Source: a candidate division WOR-3 bacterium
Lineage (GTDB): Bacteria > Hydrothermota > Tepidihabitantia > Tepidihabitantales > Tepidihabitantaceae
DNA: 64,000 nucleotides
Assembly (NCBI GenBank): GCA_024653355.1
Contig: JANLFQ010000003.1
Coordinates: 74,944 to 138,943 of the forward strand
Direction of reading: 5' to 3'
Shown: positions 47,157 through 57,009 of the stretch, piece after piece
Layout of the letters: each line of letters starts with the position of its first letter
Numbering within the stretch: position 1 is the first letter of the stretch
Notes under the pieces: model-generated
The model's database searches: none
What the model was told of the DNA's origin: nothing
Seen by the model: the letters and a program-made list of their open reading frames with translations, nothing else
Made by a program: the position numbers and the translations under genes

Positions 47157-48038
47157 AACACCTCCTTTTTACGACCAGATTGTAAGGCGAATTCAGTTAA
47201 TTGTCAATTCGCCAGGCGCGGTTCAGGAGGCATAAACAAGTTCGGCATGGGTCAGGATATCCGGGGCAATTTTGTCCTCATAATGTCCTGTGTGTAGCAA
47301 GGGATAAGGTTGTAATAAACTATGTCCTTGATAAAACGGCACCGGTTTTAATAGAAGCCTTTGATGTGGTAGGGCGGTGTGTTTGGCGGCAACGGGCAAA
47401 AGAACAGCAGCCGGGCTGTTATACAATCAGGGTGCCGGGCACCTGTTTTGACGGTCCTGGACTGTTTTTGTCCGGTTCACTGCGGGTAAGACCACCCTGA
47501 GCCGCAGGTTTTTGCGGGTGAAGTGAAAAGATATTTTTGCGGAGCGAAATTTGGGCTGATTTTCAACTTAGTTTATATTCCTACTTCGGCCAAATAGCAA
47601 TTTTTATGTTATTAAATTTCTTACAAATATCCTTTTCATTTGCAAAACCACCTTTAGCAGTAGCAGAACCGATTTCAAAGGTTGTCATTTTTCGTCACAT
47701 CGGCGGAAAGCGCGTGAGTGTTTAAGAAATATATGTCTTTCATGGTATTCTATAAACTCCTCGTATACTCATCTTTTATCAGATACTTTGTTCCTTTGTA
47801 GCGATATAAGACACCATCACAATCCTAAAACAGTTGTCTGATTTTTTGAGGTCTATAAGTAGACAATACACACATAAGACTATTTCTTTCATACTAAATT
47901 AATACTTGTAAAAAGTCAAGATTTTTCTGACAATTGCCTGTTTTATTCTCAACGCCGGTAGTTTTGCCCGATAGCAAAAGGTGCCGGGTTGTTGGGAAGA
48001 GCATCGAAAGGTGAGGTATTGGGGTCTAATAGTGTAGT

Positions 48039-50588
48039 ATGAATATTGAAAGGTTTACAGAAAAGGCGCAACAGGCGCTATATGAGGCACAATCTCAGGC
48101 ACAGCGCCGGAATCATCCGGAGCTTGATGCCGAACATATCCTTTTGGCTCTTTTAGAGCAGGATGAGGGGTTGGTGCCGGAAATTCTTTCCCGGGTTGGC
48201 GCGAATCCGGCGCACATCCGGCAGCATATCGATGTGGCACTCGCGGAGAAGCCGCGGGTCTCTGCAGGCGGTCAGGTTTACATCTCGGCGCGGGCGCAAA
48301 AGGTGCTGGCAAAGGCGGAGGAGGAGGCGCGGCGGTTTAAGGATGAGTTTATTTCCACCGAGCATCTGCTTTTAGGGCTGCTTGATTTGCCGGATGGCGC
48401 GGTCGCAAGGGTCTTTAAGACTTTTGGCGTTGAGCGGGCGCGGGTGCTGGAGGTTTTGAAGAAGATGCGCGGTACGCAGCGGGTTACCGACCAGGCAGCA
48501 GAGGACCGTTACCAACCGCTGGAGAAGTTTGGCCGGGATTTGACCGCACTGGCACGGGAGGGAAAACTTGACCCGGTGATTGGCAGGGATGAGGAGATTC
48601 GCCGGGTGATGCAGGTTCTGTCAAGGAGGACGAAGAACAATCCGGTTTTGATTGGTGAGGCCGGGGTTGGTAAGACGGCGATTGTTGAGGGTCTGGCACA
48701 ACGGATTGTGAAGGGTGATGTACCGGAGAGTTTGAAGGAGCGCCGGATTGTGGCGCTGGATATGGGCGCTTTGATTGCCGGGGCGAAGTATCGGGGCGAG
48801 TTTGAGAGCCGGTTGAAGGCGGTCTTGAAGGAGGTCGCCGCTTCAGAGGGCAAGGTGATTCTTTTTATTGATGAGTTGCATCTCGTGGTGGGTGCGGGTA
48901 AGGCAGAGGGTGCGATTGATGCCGGTAATCTGTTGAAGCCGATGCTGGCAAGGGGTGAGTTGCGCTGTATTGGCGCGACCACGCTGGATGAGTATCGGGA
49001 GTACATTGAGAAGGACAAGGCGCTGGAACGAAGGTTTCAGCCGGTTTATGTTGACCAGCCCGATGTTGAGGAGACGATTTCGATTCTGCGCGGCTTGAAG
49101 GAGCGGTATGAGACCCATCACGGGGTGCGGATTGCCGATGCGGCGCTGGTTGCGGCGGCGGTGCTTTCGCACCGATACATTTCGGACCGGTTTTTGCCCG
49201 ACAAGGCGATTGACCTGGTGGATGAGGCGGCGGCAAAGTTGAAGATGGAGATTACTTCCAAGCCGGTAGAACTGGACGAGGTGGAGCGGAAGATTTTGCA
49301 ACTGGAGATGGAGCGGCTGTCTTTGAAGCGGGAGCAGGATGAGGCGTCACGGGCAAGGCTTGCCGAGATTGAGGAGGAGATTGCCAATTTGAAGGAGCGC
49401 CAGGCAACACTGAATGCGCAGTGGGAGGCGGAACGCAAGGAACTGGAGAAGCGGACGCGGTTGAAGGAGGAGATTGAGCGGGTGCAGCATGAGATTGAGG
49501 TGGCGAAGCGCAAGTACGATTTGAATCGGGCGGCAGAACTGGAGTACGGCGAACTGCTGCGCCTGAAAAAGGAGTTGAGCGAACTGGAAAAGGCGCAGCG
49601 GGGTCGCCGGCTGTTGCGCGAGGAGGTGACCGAAGAGGACATCGCCGAGGTGGTTTCGCGCTGGACCGGCATCCCGGTGAAGAATCTCCTGGAGTCGGAG
49701 CGGGAGAAGTTGTTGCGTTTGGAGGATGAGATTCACAAGCGGCTTGTGGACCAGGAGGAGGCGGTGAATGCGGTGGCGAATGCGATTCGCCGGGCACGCG
49801 CCGGCATCGCGGAGCGGAAGAAGCCGATTGGCTCGTTTATCTTCCTTGGACCGACCGGTGTCGGCAAGACCGAACTGGCAAAGAGTTTGGCGCAGGTGCT
49901 GTTTGACTCTGAAGAGGCGATGGTGCGGCTTGATATGTCGGAGTATATGGAGAAGCACACCGTGTCCCGGTTGATTGGTGCGCCCCCGGGCTATGTTGGT
50001 TTTGAAGAGGGGGGACAGTTGACCGAGGCGGTGCGGCGCCGGCCTTATCGGGTGGTTTTGCTGGACGAGATTGAGAAGGCGCACCCGGATGTGTTTAACA
50101 TCCTGTTGCAGATTCTGGACGACGGCAGATTGACCGATGGCCATGGCAGGGTGGTGGACTTCAAGAATACGGTGGTGATTATGACATCAAATCTGGGTAC
50201 CGAGATGGCGCAGGAAGGCAGGTTTGACCGTGATGAGTTGATGCGGCTTTTGCGCCGGAGTTTCCGGCCTGAGTTTTTGAACCGGGTGGACGAGATTGTG
50301 GTTTTCAAACCGCTGGGCAGAGCGGAAATAAGACAGATTGTGGATTTACAACTCGCCCGGTTAAAAAACCAGTTGACAGAACAGGGAATTGATGTTATAA
50401 TTAGTCCGGGCGTAGAGGATGTACTCGCGAAGGAAGGCTACGACCCGGAATTTGGGGCAAGGCCGTTAAAACGAGTAATCCAGAATCGCATTGAGAACCA
50501 ACTGGCTAAGTTGGTTCTGGAAAAAAGACCGGAAAAGGTCGTAATAAAGGTTGTTGACGGCGCAATTGTGGTTGCGCCTGAAACCTAA
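48039..50588 (+). CDS. clpB: ATP-dependent chaperone ClpB
   Basis: N-domain, two AAA+ modules ([15 protein letters not shown]; [15 protein letters not shown]), middle coiled coil; 849 aa. Confidence 0.95.
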   Translation: MNIERFTEKAQQALYEAQSQAQRRNHPELDAEHILLALLEQDEGLVPEILSRVGANPAHIRQHIDVALAEKPRVSAGGQVYISARAQKVLAKAEEEARRFKDEFISTEHLLLGLLDLPDGAVARVFKTFGVERARVLEVLKKMRGTQRVTDQAAEDRYQPLEKFGRDLTALAREGKLDPVIGRDEEIRRVMQVLSRRTKNNPVLIGEAGVGKTAIVEGLAQRIVKGDVPESLKERRIVALDMGALIAGAKYRGEFESRLKAVLKEVAASEGKVILFIDELHLVVGAGKAEGAIDAGNLLKPMLARGELRCIGATTLDEYREYIEKDKALERRFQPVYVDQPDVEETISILRGLKERYETHHGVRIADAALVAAAVLSHRYISDRFLPDKAIDLVDEAAAKLKMEITSKPVELDEVERKILQLEMERLSLKREQDEASRARLAEIEEEIANLKERQATLNAQWEAERKELEKRTRLKEEIERVQHEIEVAKRKYDLNRAAELEYGELLRLKKELSELEKAQRGRRLLREEVTEEDIAEVVSRWTGIPVKNLLESEREKLLRLEDEIHKRLVDQEEAVNAVANAIRRARAGIAERKKPIGSFIFLGPTGVGKTELAKSLAQVLFDSEEAMVRLDMSEYMEKHTVSRLIGAPPGYVGFEEGGQLTEAVRRRPYRVVLLDEIEKAHPDVFNILLQILDDGRLTDGHGRVVDFKNTVVIMTSNLGTEMAQEGRFDRDELMRLLRRSFRPEFLNRVDEIVVFKPLGRAEIRQIVDLQLARLKNQLTEQGIDVIISPGVEDVLAKEGYDPEFGARPLKRVIQNRIENQLAKLVLEKRPEKVVIKVVDGAIVVAPET

Positions 50589-50611
50589 AAATTGGTGTTT
50601 TAAAAGTTTTT

Positions 50612-50685
50612 GTCGGGAGCAGGTATCCCTCCTTCCCAACCCACCAAAAACCCCCTTGTTTCCCTGCTCCCGACACCATTTTTAT
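50612..50685 (+). terminator. Long-loop hairpin with T-run downstream of clpB (putative terminator)
   Basis: 12-bp perfect inverted repeat GTCGGGAGCAGG (50612-50623) / CCTGCTCCCGAC (50663-50674) around a C-rich 39-nt loop, then ACCATTTTTAT. Confidence 0.45.
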
Positions 50686-50763
50686 CCGTGGAAAACCGAT
50701 AAGCGGGCTTGCGGTCTGATTTCTAAATATCTAATTTTCAACAAGTTGGCGAAGATTAACCTG

Positions 50764-51129
50764 CTATGGCTCGCCGATGTTGAAAACCTGATACCGGATT
50801 GCGGTTAGAATGTCCGGGTTAAGGCCACGGGCGGTCCATTTGTCCAGCAGGACCTTTGCTGCCATTGCCAGGCTTCTGCCTGATATCTCCTGCTGGTTGG
50901 AAAGTTTCCACAGTTGCCGGGCAAAGTTCAGATAGGGCACATACAGTATTGAAGACACGCCGTTTTCGTTCAAAACCGCTTTGACCTCGGACTCCATCGT
51001 GGATATCTTCTCCATTACTATCTCATAGCGGCTCCTCATATCATCAATCTGCGCCTCCAGGGTCTGTTTTACCCGCTCCGGATTGGTTTTTATCCGATAG
51101 GCATTGGCACGCCTTTTCAGGTCTTTCAT
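50764..51129 (-). CDS. Hypothetical coiled-coil protein (121 aa)
   Basis: Minus-strand AAGGAGG 7 nt upstream of the ATG; no motif recognised. Confidence 0.55.
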   Translation of the reverse strand: MKDLKRRANAYRIKTNPERVKQTLEAQIDDMRSRYEIVMEKISTMESEVKAVLNENGVSSILYVPYLNFARQLWKLSNQQEISGRSLAMAAKVLLDKWTARGLNPDILTAIRYQVFNIGEP

Positions 51130-51966
51130 AGTTCACCTCCTTTTAAGGTTTACTTTTGCTCTGACAAACGATGTTGTGCGGAAAAGGGTTTGGCGAGTTG
51201 CCCGATAAGTTGCTCAGGGAACGGCTCCGGGAGCGGTTCCCAGGTTCAGGCTTAGAGCTACTTACCGAACCCTTTTCCATTCACTATTAGATACGCAAAT
51301 CCGGGGAAAATTAACAAAGATTTTTCGGGCTGATTTCTGCTTTACCTTGCCGATAGTTTCAAGGACGGTGTCCAGGGGTATAACTACTTATATATTAGCA
51401 GCTTATACACAGTCGGTTAAGATTGCGGTTGATTGGTTAACAGTTCAGATGCATTTAGTTTGAATCGATTTTGCGATTTTGGCGTCTAATATCTAATATA
51501 TAGATATAGTCTTAATAAAATCGGAGTTAAGTATCCGCTTATGCTGACGGTGCATTCCAAATTGGGCTCGGATGGCTTTGACAGGTAAGCGAAGCATGGT
51601 TTAAAAAGACACAAAGCAGGGTAAAAATCATAATTTGGTGATATGAGATAACACAATCGTTATCAATAAGTTATATCAGGGAGTCGACACTAAAAAATTG
51701 TAGGTTTTTTTAACTGACAATCTGTCGGTATATTAGGGAATTATTCTGACTTAAGGGCAAAATTCTTTAAAAAACTACTTTTTAGGTAGTTAAGTGTTAA
51801 AATATCAATGTGTTAATAGGATTTTTAATCTTCGACGAGAAAACAGTATATTTTATATATATATAGCCCGAGAAAGTGAGCCGGGTCTGGTAACAACCGG
51901 TGTTTTTGAGTTAACTTATTTAATTAGTGTAAGTTATTAGTTTTTTAAACCCAAAAAGGAGTAACT

Positions 51967-53370
51967 ATGGAACAGGTAAAAGTAAAAGCACAAGAACTGA
52001 ACCGTCAGTACCTGAAGGCACAGAGTATGCTAATCCAGGCAAAGTACCCGAATTCGGTGGTGAAGCAGATTTTCCAGTCTGGCAAGCTGTGCACAATCGA
52101 AGAGGATTTTAAAGAGGGGGTAACGGACAACTGTAAGTCAAAAGTTCTACCAAAAGAGGTTTATGAGAAGGAACTGGAGCAGGTTATTAATCAAGCAAAG
52201 CAAGATGGGGTGGTTATTCCGCTGGAGCGAATCGCCGTGGAAAATGGGCTGGAACAGGCAGAAAAAGAGTTGCTGATGTTGCTGTTTTTTGCCCAGTTTT
52301 ACAGTCGCAACCGGATAGAGGGTCGTGATTTGTTACGGTGGATATCGGCTGATGCGCTGGAGATGATGGACAATATGAGGCTGCTGTTGCCCGGAAGCAG
52401 GTTGCGCAAGAAAGGGTTGATTGTGGCAGCGCGCTCCCTGCGTCCTTCTGATGATTCGGTAGTGGAGCAGGAGTATAAAATTCCTGATGAGGTTTTCTGC
52501 GAAATCTGTGGCTTTCAAGAAGAGATGGCGCCGATTGGTGAAATAAAAAACGGGGAAATGGATAACGAGCCGACTGTAGAACTGCTCACAATTAAAGAGC
52601 CCAAATTGTCGTTTGACCAACTGGCTTTGCCTGAACCGACAATAAGGCAGATTGAGCAGGCGCTCTGGCAGTACAGGAATCAGGACCGTGCGTTCAACGA
52701 TTACGGCATCGGCGGAAAGATTCTCTATGGTAAGGGAACAACGATGGTTTTCTATGGTCCACCCGGCACCGGTAAAACCGCAACTGCGGAAGCGATTGCC
52801 CGGTCACTTAACAAAAAACTGGGTGTCGCGGACTATTCTAGCATCTATAGCCCCTTTGTGGGCGAGTCCGAGGCTAACATCAAAAATATTTTCGGGGAGG
52901 CAAGACGGGCAGACTGCGTTTTGGTTTTTGACGAGGCTGATGCCTGCTTTGGGGCCCGGGTTGAGGAAAAAAGAGCGGTGGACCGCTCCTTCAATCTGAT
53001 GACCAATATCATGATGCAGGAGATTGAGCGGTTTAACGGCATTTTGATTCTGACGACGAATCGGGAATTTGCCTTTGACCCGGCGTTTGACCGGCGGTTT
53101 TTGTATAAAGTGAAGTTTGATTTGCCGGACGAAAACCAGCGCGAGCAAATCTGGCGGATATTACTTAAAGATTGCACGAAGTTGAGTCCGGATGTTTCGT
53201 TTTGGGAACTTGCCCGATTGTATCCGCTTTCGGGCGGGCAAATCAAAAATGTGGTCTTGAAGGCGGTGATGAGGTGCAGCGCCGAAAACCGGGAGATTAC
53301 GATGTCGGACCTCAAAAATGTTGCGGCTGAAGAACTGGGCGAGAAAGAGAAAAAGAGGTTGGGGTTTTGA
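51967..53370 (+). CDS. AAA-family ATPase (classic AAA, PF00004-like) with ~230-aa N-terminal domain
   Basis: SD AAAAAGGAG; Walker A GPPGTGKT, Walker B VLVFDEAD, second region of homology ...ILTTNREFAFDPAFDRRF. Confidence 0.85.
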   Translation: MEQVKVKAQELNRQYLKAQSMLIQAKYPNSVVKQIFQSGKLCTIEEDFKEGVTDNCKSKVLPKEVYEKELEQVINQAKQDGVVIPLERIAVENGLEQAEKELLMLLFFAQFYSRNRIEGRDLLRWISADALEMMDNMRLLLPGSRLRKKGLIVAARSLRPSDDSVVEQEYKIPDEVFCEICGFQEEMAPIGEIKNGEMDNEPTVELLTIKEPKLSFDQLALPEPTIRQIEQALWQYRNQDRAFNDYGIGGKILYGKGTTMVFYGPPGTGKTATAEAIARSLNKKLGVADYSSIYSPFVGESEANIKNIFGEARRADCVLVFDEADACFGARVEEKRAVDRSFNLMTNIMMQEIERFNGILILTTNREFAFDPAFDRRFLYKVKFDLPDENQREQIWRILLKDCTKLSPDVSFWELARLYPLSGGQIKNVVLKAVMRCSAENREITMSDLKNVAAEELGEKEKKRLGF

Positions 53371-53446
53371 AAAGCCGGCAAGGAAAGACAGCGATAAAAG
53401 TGGCGCGGGCAGGGTAATGGTGCGAACGGCAATTAAACCGATTTTA

Positions 53447-54460
53447 CTACGAGATGCGGAACAGGGAGCGAAAGTAGGTGATGAAGAAGTAAACCGACCA
53501 GAAGAGGATGCCGATAATTATCAAGCCGCCAAGGGTTAAAATTATACCCGCAGCAACGCGCAGCCATGGCCCACCCTTTTCAACGCCGATGAGCTGACTG
53601 AAGACTGGTTCGGGTTCTTCTTCGAGCAGACTTAGTCCCTGGTTTAGCGCTTCAACGACTTCGTTTGCTTTGCCAAACAGGGTGACTTCTTCTTCCATTA
53701 CCGGCGTTTGGAGTCCGCATTTCGGGCAGGCAGGGAACTCCTGACGGACTTTGCCCTCGTATGCCCAACCGGCAATGAGCGGTTTGTTTTGCCTGATGAT
53801 TTCAAGGTAAAAGGGTTCGGGCAGGGTGATTTTTGTTGGGTTGATGGGTTGGTCACAGCGCGGGCAGTGGCAAGGCAGGCGGATTTTGACTTCCTCTTTG
53901 ACGGCTTCGTTTATCTCTTCGGGCAGGAGCGCATCAGGAAACAGGCGGACGAGCAGTTCGGCACCGGTGCTGGAGATGCCCTTGCCAATCAAAAGCCAGA
54001 TTTTGTTCAGTTCCGGGCTGGTAGCGGGCAGTTGTTTGAGCCGGCGCTGGCGTTCCAATTTGCGTGCCTGTTCCCGGCGCCGGCTCACCGTGCGCCAGAT
54101 TTCAAGTTCAAAGTTAGTGACCGCTTTTCTGCCGAAGCGGCGTTCAGATAGCGCTTCTTTCAGTTCTGGGTTTTTTTCCCGGTTTTTGGGCTCAAGCCAG
54201 AGGAGGAAAAGTTTGATTTCGTGTAGGGCGCTGCGGTCAAAAAAGAAAATCACAGGCCAGAGAAAGAGGTAGAGCGGCAGGCGAATAACCGTGGCGGCGA
54301 TGTCAAGGAAAAGTTCATCAGGGTTGCGAAATTCGCCCCGGATGAAGAACAGGCTTAAGTGGTAGAGGACGGTGACGAGGATGCCGACTGATAGCCAGAT
54401 GTTTATCAGGGGAATGACAATGGCGTAAAGTAGACTCATCGGTGCACCGGCGTAAGGCAT
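53447..54460 (-). CDS. Membrane protein with central zinc-ribbon-like CxxC pairs
   Basis: N- and C-terminal TM segments; central CHCPRCDQ ... CPKCG. Confidence 0.55.
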   Translation of the reverse strand: MPYAGAPMSLLYAIVIPLINIWLSVGILVTVLYHLSLFFIRGEFRNPDELFLDIAATVIRLPLYLFLWPVIFFFDRSALHEIKLFLLWLEPKNREKNPELKEALSERRFGRKAVTNFELEIWRTVSRRREQARKLERQRRLKQLPATSPELNKIWLLIGKGISSTGAELLVRLFPDALLPEEINEAVKEEVKIRLPCHCPRCDQPINPTKITLPEPFYLEIIRQNKPLIAGWAYEGKVRQEFPACPKCGLQTPVMEEEVTLFGKANEVVEALNQGLSLLEEEPEPVFSQLIGVEKGGPWLRVAAGIILTLGGLIIIGILFWSVYFFITYFRSLFRIS

Positions 54461-54598
54461 CTTTTCTCCCGGTTAAAGGATATGCCGTTGTTAACACCGT
54501 GTCAACAACACCGCCTGCGGTGGGCAGCAAAAAACTTGACAAGGGGCAAAATTGATGATGGTAGGGTGTCGGCGATGAAGCAAGGGGCGGTTAACTGA

Positions 54599-55471
54599 TT
54601 ATGTTTGGGCGGTTTCCGGTTCAACTTTTTTGAGGTAGGTGGTGGCGGCAAGGCGGGCAAGACGCCGGACCCGGGCGATGTAGTTCTGCCGTTCGGAGAC
54701 GCTGATTGCGCCCCGCGCTTCAAGGATGTTGAAGTAGTGGGAGCATTTTATGACGCAGTCGTAACCGGGATAGACAAGCCCGAGTTTGAGTAGCCGCTGT
54801 GCCTCCGCCTCAAAGCGGTCAAACAGCAGGCGGTGGAGTTCTATGTCGGCTTCTTCGAAGTTGTACTTTGAGAACTCTTCTTCGTTCTGGCGATAGACAT
54901 CACCCCAGGTTAACCGGTCGTTCCAGCGGACATCAAAGATGGAGTTGACATTTTGAATGAACATCGCAATCCGTTCCAAGCCATAGGTCAATTCTACCGG
55001 TATTATTTTGAGGTCGATTGAGCCGCACTGCTGGAAGTAGGTGAACTGGGTGATTTCAATGCCGTTGAGTTCTACCTGCCAGCCAAGACCCCAGGCGCCC
55101 AAAGTGGGCGATTCCCAGTCGTCTTCGGTGAAGCGGATGTCGTTTTTCTTCAAGTCGATGTTGATTGCTTCCAAACTTTTCAGGTAGCGGTCCTGGACAT
55201 CGTTGGGCGCCGGTTTGAGTATCACCTGGAGTTGCCAGAACTGTTGGACCCGTAATGGGTTCTGGGCGTATCTGCCGTCGCGCGGTCTTTTGGATGGTTC
55301 GCAATAGACGACATTCCAGGGTTTTGAGTCCAGGACGCGCAAAAAGGTTGCCGGGTTGAAGGTGCCGGCACCGACTTCGGAGTTGTAGGGCGAGAGAATC
55401 GCACAGCCCTGTTCTGCCCAGTAGTTCTGGAGCCGAAGGATGATTTCCTGGAAGGTGAGCGTTGAGGACAT
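54599..55471 (-). CDS. glyQ: Glycine--tRNA ligase alpha subunit
   Basis: [23 protein letters not shown]...; ~290 aa, typical of GlyQ. Confidence 0.92.
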   Translation of the reverse strand: MSSTLTFQEIILRLQNYWAEQGCAILSPYNSEVGAGTFNPATFLRVLDSKPWNVVYCEPSKRPRDGRYAQNPLRVQQFWQLQVILKPAPNDVQDRYLKSLEAINIDLKKNDIRFTEDDWESPTLGAWGLGWQVELNGIEITQFTYFQQCGSIDLKIIPVELTYGLERIAMFIQNVNSIFDVRWNDRLTWGDVYRQNEEEFSKYNFEEADIELHRLLFDRFEAEAQRLLKLGLVYPGYDCVIKCSHYFNILEARGAISVSERQNYIARVRRLARLAATTYLKKVEPETAQT

Positions 55472-56017
55472 TTATAAACCGAGTTGGCCCGCGATGCACT
55501 GCATCGCCTGGAGGCAGACGGTTAAAAACTCTTCAAGGGAGAGCCCGAGTGCGGAGCAGGTTTGAATCTGTTCGCGGTTGGCACCAGCAGCGAACCGCTT
55601 GTCTTTGAAGCGGCGCAGGACGAAGTCGGTGTCAACATTGGCGAGTTTTTTGGTCGGGTGCATCAGGGCGGCGGCAACAATTAGACCGGTTACCGGGTCG
55701 GTGGCGACAATCGCTTTGTCCAGAAGGGAAACCGGCGGCACATTGCCGGAATGGGCTTTCACCGCCTGGACGATTTCCGGGTCAACGCCATGGTTGGCAA
55801 GGGTCTGGGCGGCAATCAGGGAATGGCTTGTGGGGTCGCCTTTGGTCTGTTCGTAGTCAAGGTCGTGCAGGAGTCCAGCAAGTCCCCACTTTTCTTCGTC
55901 CTGGTTCAGGCGCCGGGCAAGGGCACGCAGGCAGGCTTCAGTCGCCAGCATATGCTTGATTAAGTTCTGGTTCTTCACCGAACTGGTAACCATTTGCCAG
56001 GCGGTTTCACGGTCCAA
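55472..56017 (-). CDS. HD/HDIG-domain phosphohydrolase
   Basis: H...HD motif (...LAGLLHDLDYEQTKG...) in 181 aa; stop abuts the glyQ start. Confidence 0.7.
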   Translation of the reverse strand: MDRETAWQMVTSSVKNQNLIKHMLATEACLRALARRLNQDEEKWGLAGLLHDLDYEQTKGDPTSHSLIAAQTLANHGVDPEIVQAVKAHSGNVPPVSLLDKAIVATDPVTGLIVAAALMHPTKKLANVDTDFVLRRFKDKRFAAGANREQIQTCSALGLSLEEFLTVCLQAMQCIAGQLGL

Positions 56018-56078
56018 GGTGTCCTCCTTTTTATTTTAGATTATATTGGTGGTGGTGCTGGTGTCAATTGTGCGTGTG

Positions 56079-56106
56079 TTGACAGGGAAAAAGTTTAGAT
56101 TATTAT
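56079..56106 (+). promoter_or_regulatory. sigma70-type promoter for tRNA-Asp
   Basis: TTGACA 56079-56084, 16-nt spacer, TATTAT 56101-56106. Confidence 0.45.
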
Positions 56107-56115
56107 TAGTTATTC

Positions 56116-56191
56116 GGGCCCGTAGTGTAGCCTGGTTTAACACGTCGCCCTGTCACGGCGAAGATCGCCAGTTCAAATCTGGTCGGGCCCG
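56116..56191 (+). tRNA. tRNA-Asp (anticodon GTC)
   Basis: Acceptor GGGCCCG/CGGGCCC, anticodon loop CTGTCAC, T-loop TTCAAAT, discriminator G. Confidence 0.9.
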
Positions 56192-56201
56192 TTGAATTTT
56201 G

Positions 56202-57008
56202 ATGAAGTTTTTTCTCCCCCTTTTTTTATTCACCGGACTGTTGCTGGCGGTTGAGCCCAAGCCGGAGTATCAACTGGAACTGAAGGTGCAGCAGTTTGGT
56301 GCCGGGTTGCTGAACGGTGACCATCGCACGCTTTACCGGCTGTTTGTGCCGGTGTTCCGGCGCGAAGTGGAATTCAGCCGGTTTGATTCGGCAGTTCAGG
56401 TTTGGCGCCAGGGAAGAAGGTTGGTCCGGATAAAGGGGAAGGTGATTGACACCCGCGGGCTGGGAGGGCACGCTTCAATCTATGCCTATTTTGATGGGGC
56501 GGAAGATTACGAGTATCTTTACCAGAGCTGGATTTATGCCGATTCGGGCTGGGAACTCGCCTGGGTTTCAGGGATTTTGAATCAGTCTTTTCAGTATGGC
56601 AGGAGTGAGACTTTAGCGATGCGGGCGGTGGCGCGATTGGCGCTGGAGTTTTTGCTTTCGGATGAAGGTCGGGGCTGGCTCAAACTGGGCAGGGTTGGTT
56701 TGCCGGAGACGATTGTGGTTGTGCAGCACAATCGGATTGAGGAGGCGCCGCTAAATATCAAGGGGCATACCGTTGTCTGGCAGAGTCCGGAGGCAATTAA
56801 GGAGAAGCCGGTTTTTCCATTTATGCCGCTTTACTGTGAGTTCGGGATGGTGCGGGTTTTTGGTTCGGTGGCGCTGGTGGCGCTGGATTTCAAACCCTGG
56901 CCCTATTATCAAGGGCGCCGGGTGCTGAAACAGCGCCGGGGAATGGAGATTTATTTGAAGAAACAGGGTGAAGGCTGGCAAATCCATTCGGTTGGTAAGC
57001 GCTGGTAG
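56202..57008 (+). CDS. Hypothetical secreted protein
   Basis: Signal-peptide-like N-terminus MKFFLPLFLFTGLLLA; directly after tRNA-Asp. Confidence 0.55.
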   Translation: MKFFLPLFLFTGLLLAVEPKPEYQLELKVQQFGAGLLNGDHRTLYRLFVPVFRREVEFSRFDSAVQVWRQGRRLVRIKGKVIDTRGLGGHASIYAYFDGAEDYEYLYQSWIYADSGWELAWVSGILNQSFQYGRSETLAMRAVARLALEFLLSDEGRGWLKLGRVGLPETIVVVQHNRIEEAPLNIKGHTVVWQSPEAIKEKPVFPFMPLYCEFGMVRVFGSVALVALDFKPWPYYQGRRVLKQRRGMEIYLKKQGEGWQIHSVGKRW

Positions 57009-57009
57009 G

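Noticed and set aside
47201-47725. Protein-coding genes for the 99-aa, 67-aa and 62-aa ORFs between the beta-propeller gene and clpB
   Set aside because: No SD or promoter context and mutually overlapping frames; the 99-aa frame is recorded only as a possible CTD remnant
49347-50144. Long antisense ORFs (up to 265 aa) within clpB, and similar ones within the secretin, valS, kinase-EBP and C25 genes
   Set aside because: They are antisense to strongly supported genes, have Arg/Pro/Ala/Ser-rich composition typical of GC-rich antisense frames, and lack start-site signals
51130-51966. Mobile element, prophage remnant or CRISPR array in the AT-rich region
   Set aside because: No integrase, transposase, terminal inverted repeats, target-site duplication or regularly spaced direct repeats were found; only the AT-richness and one conserved motif
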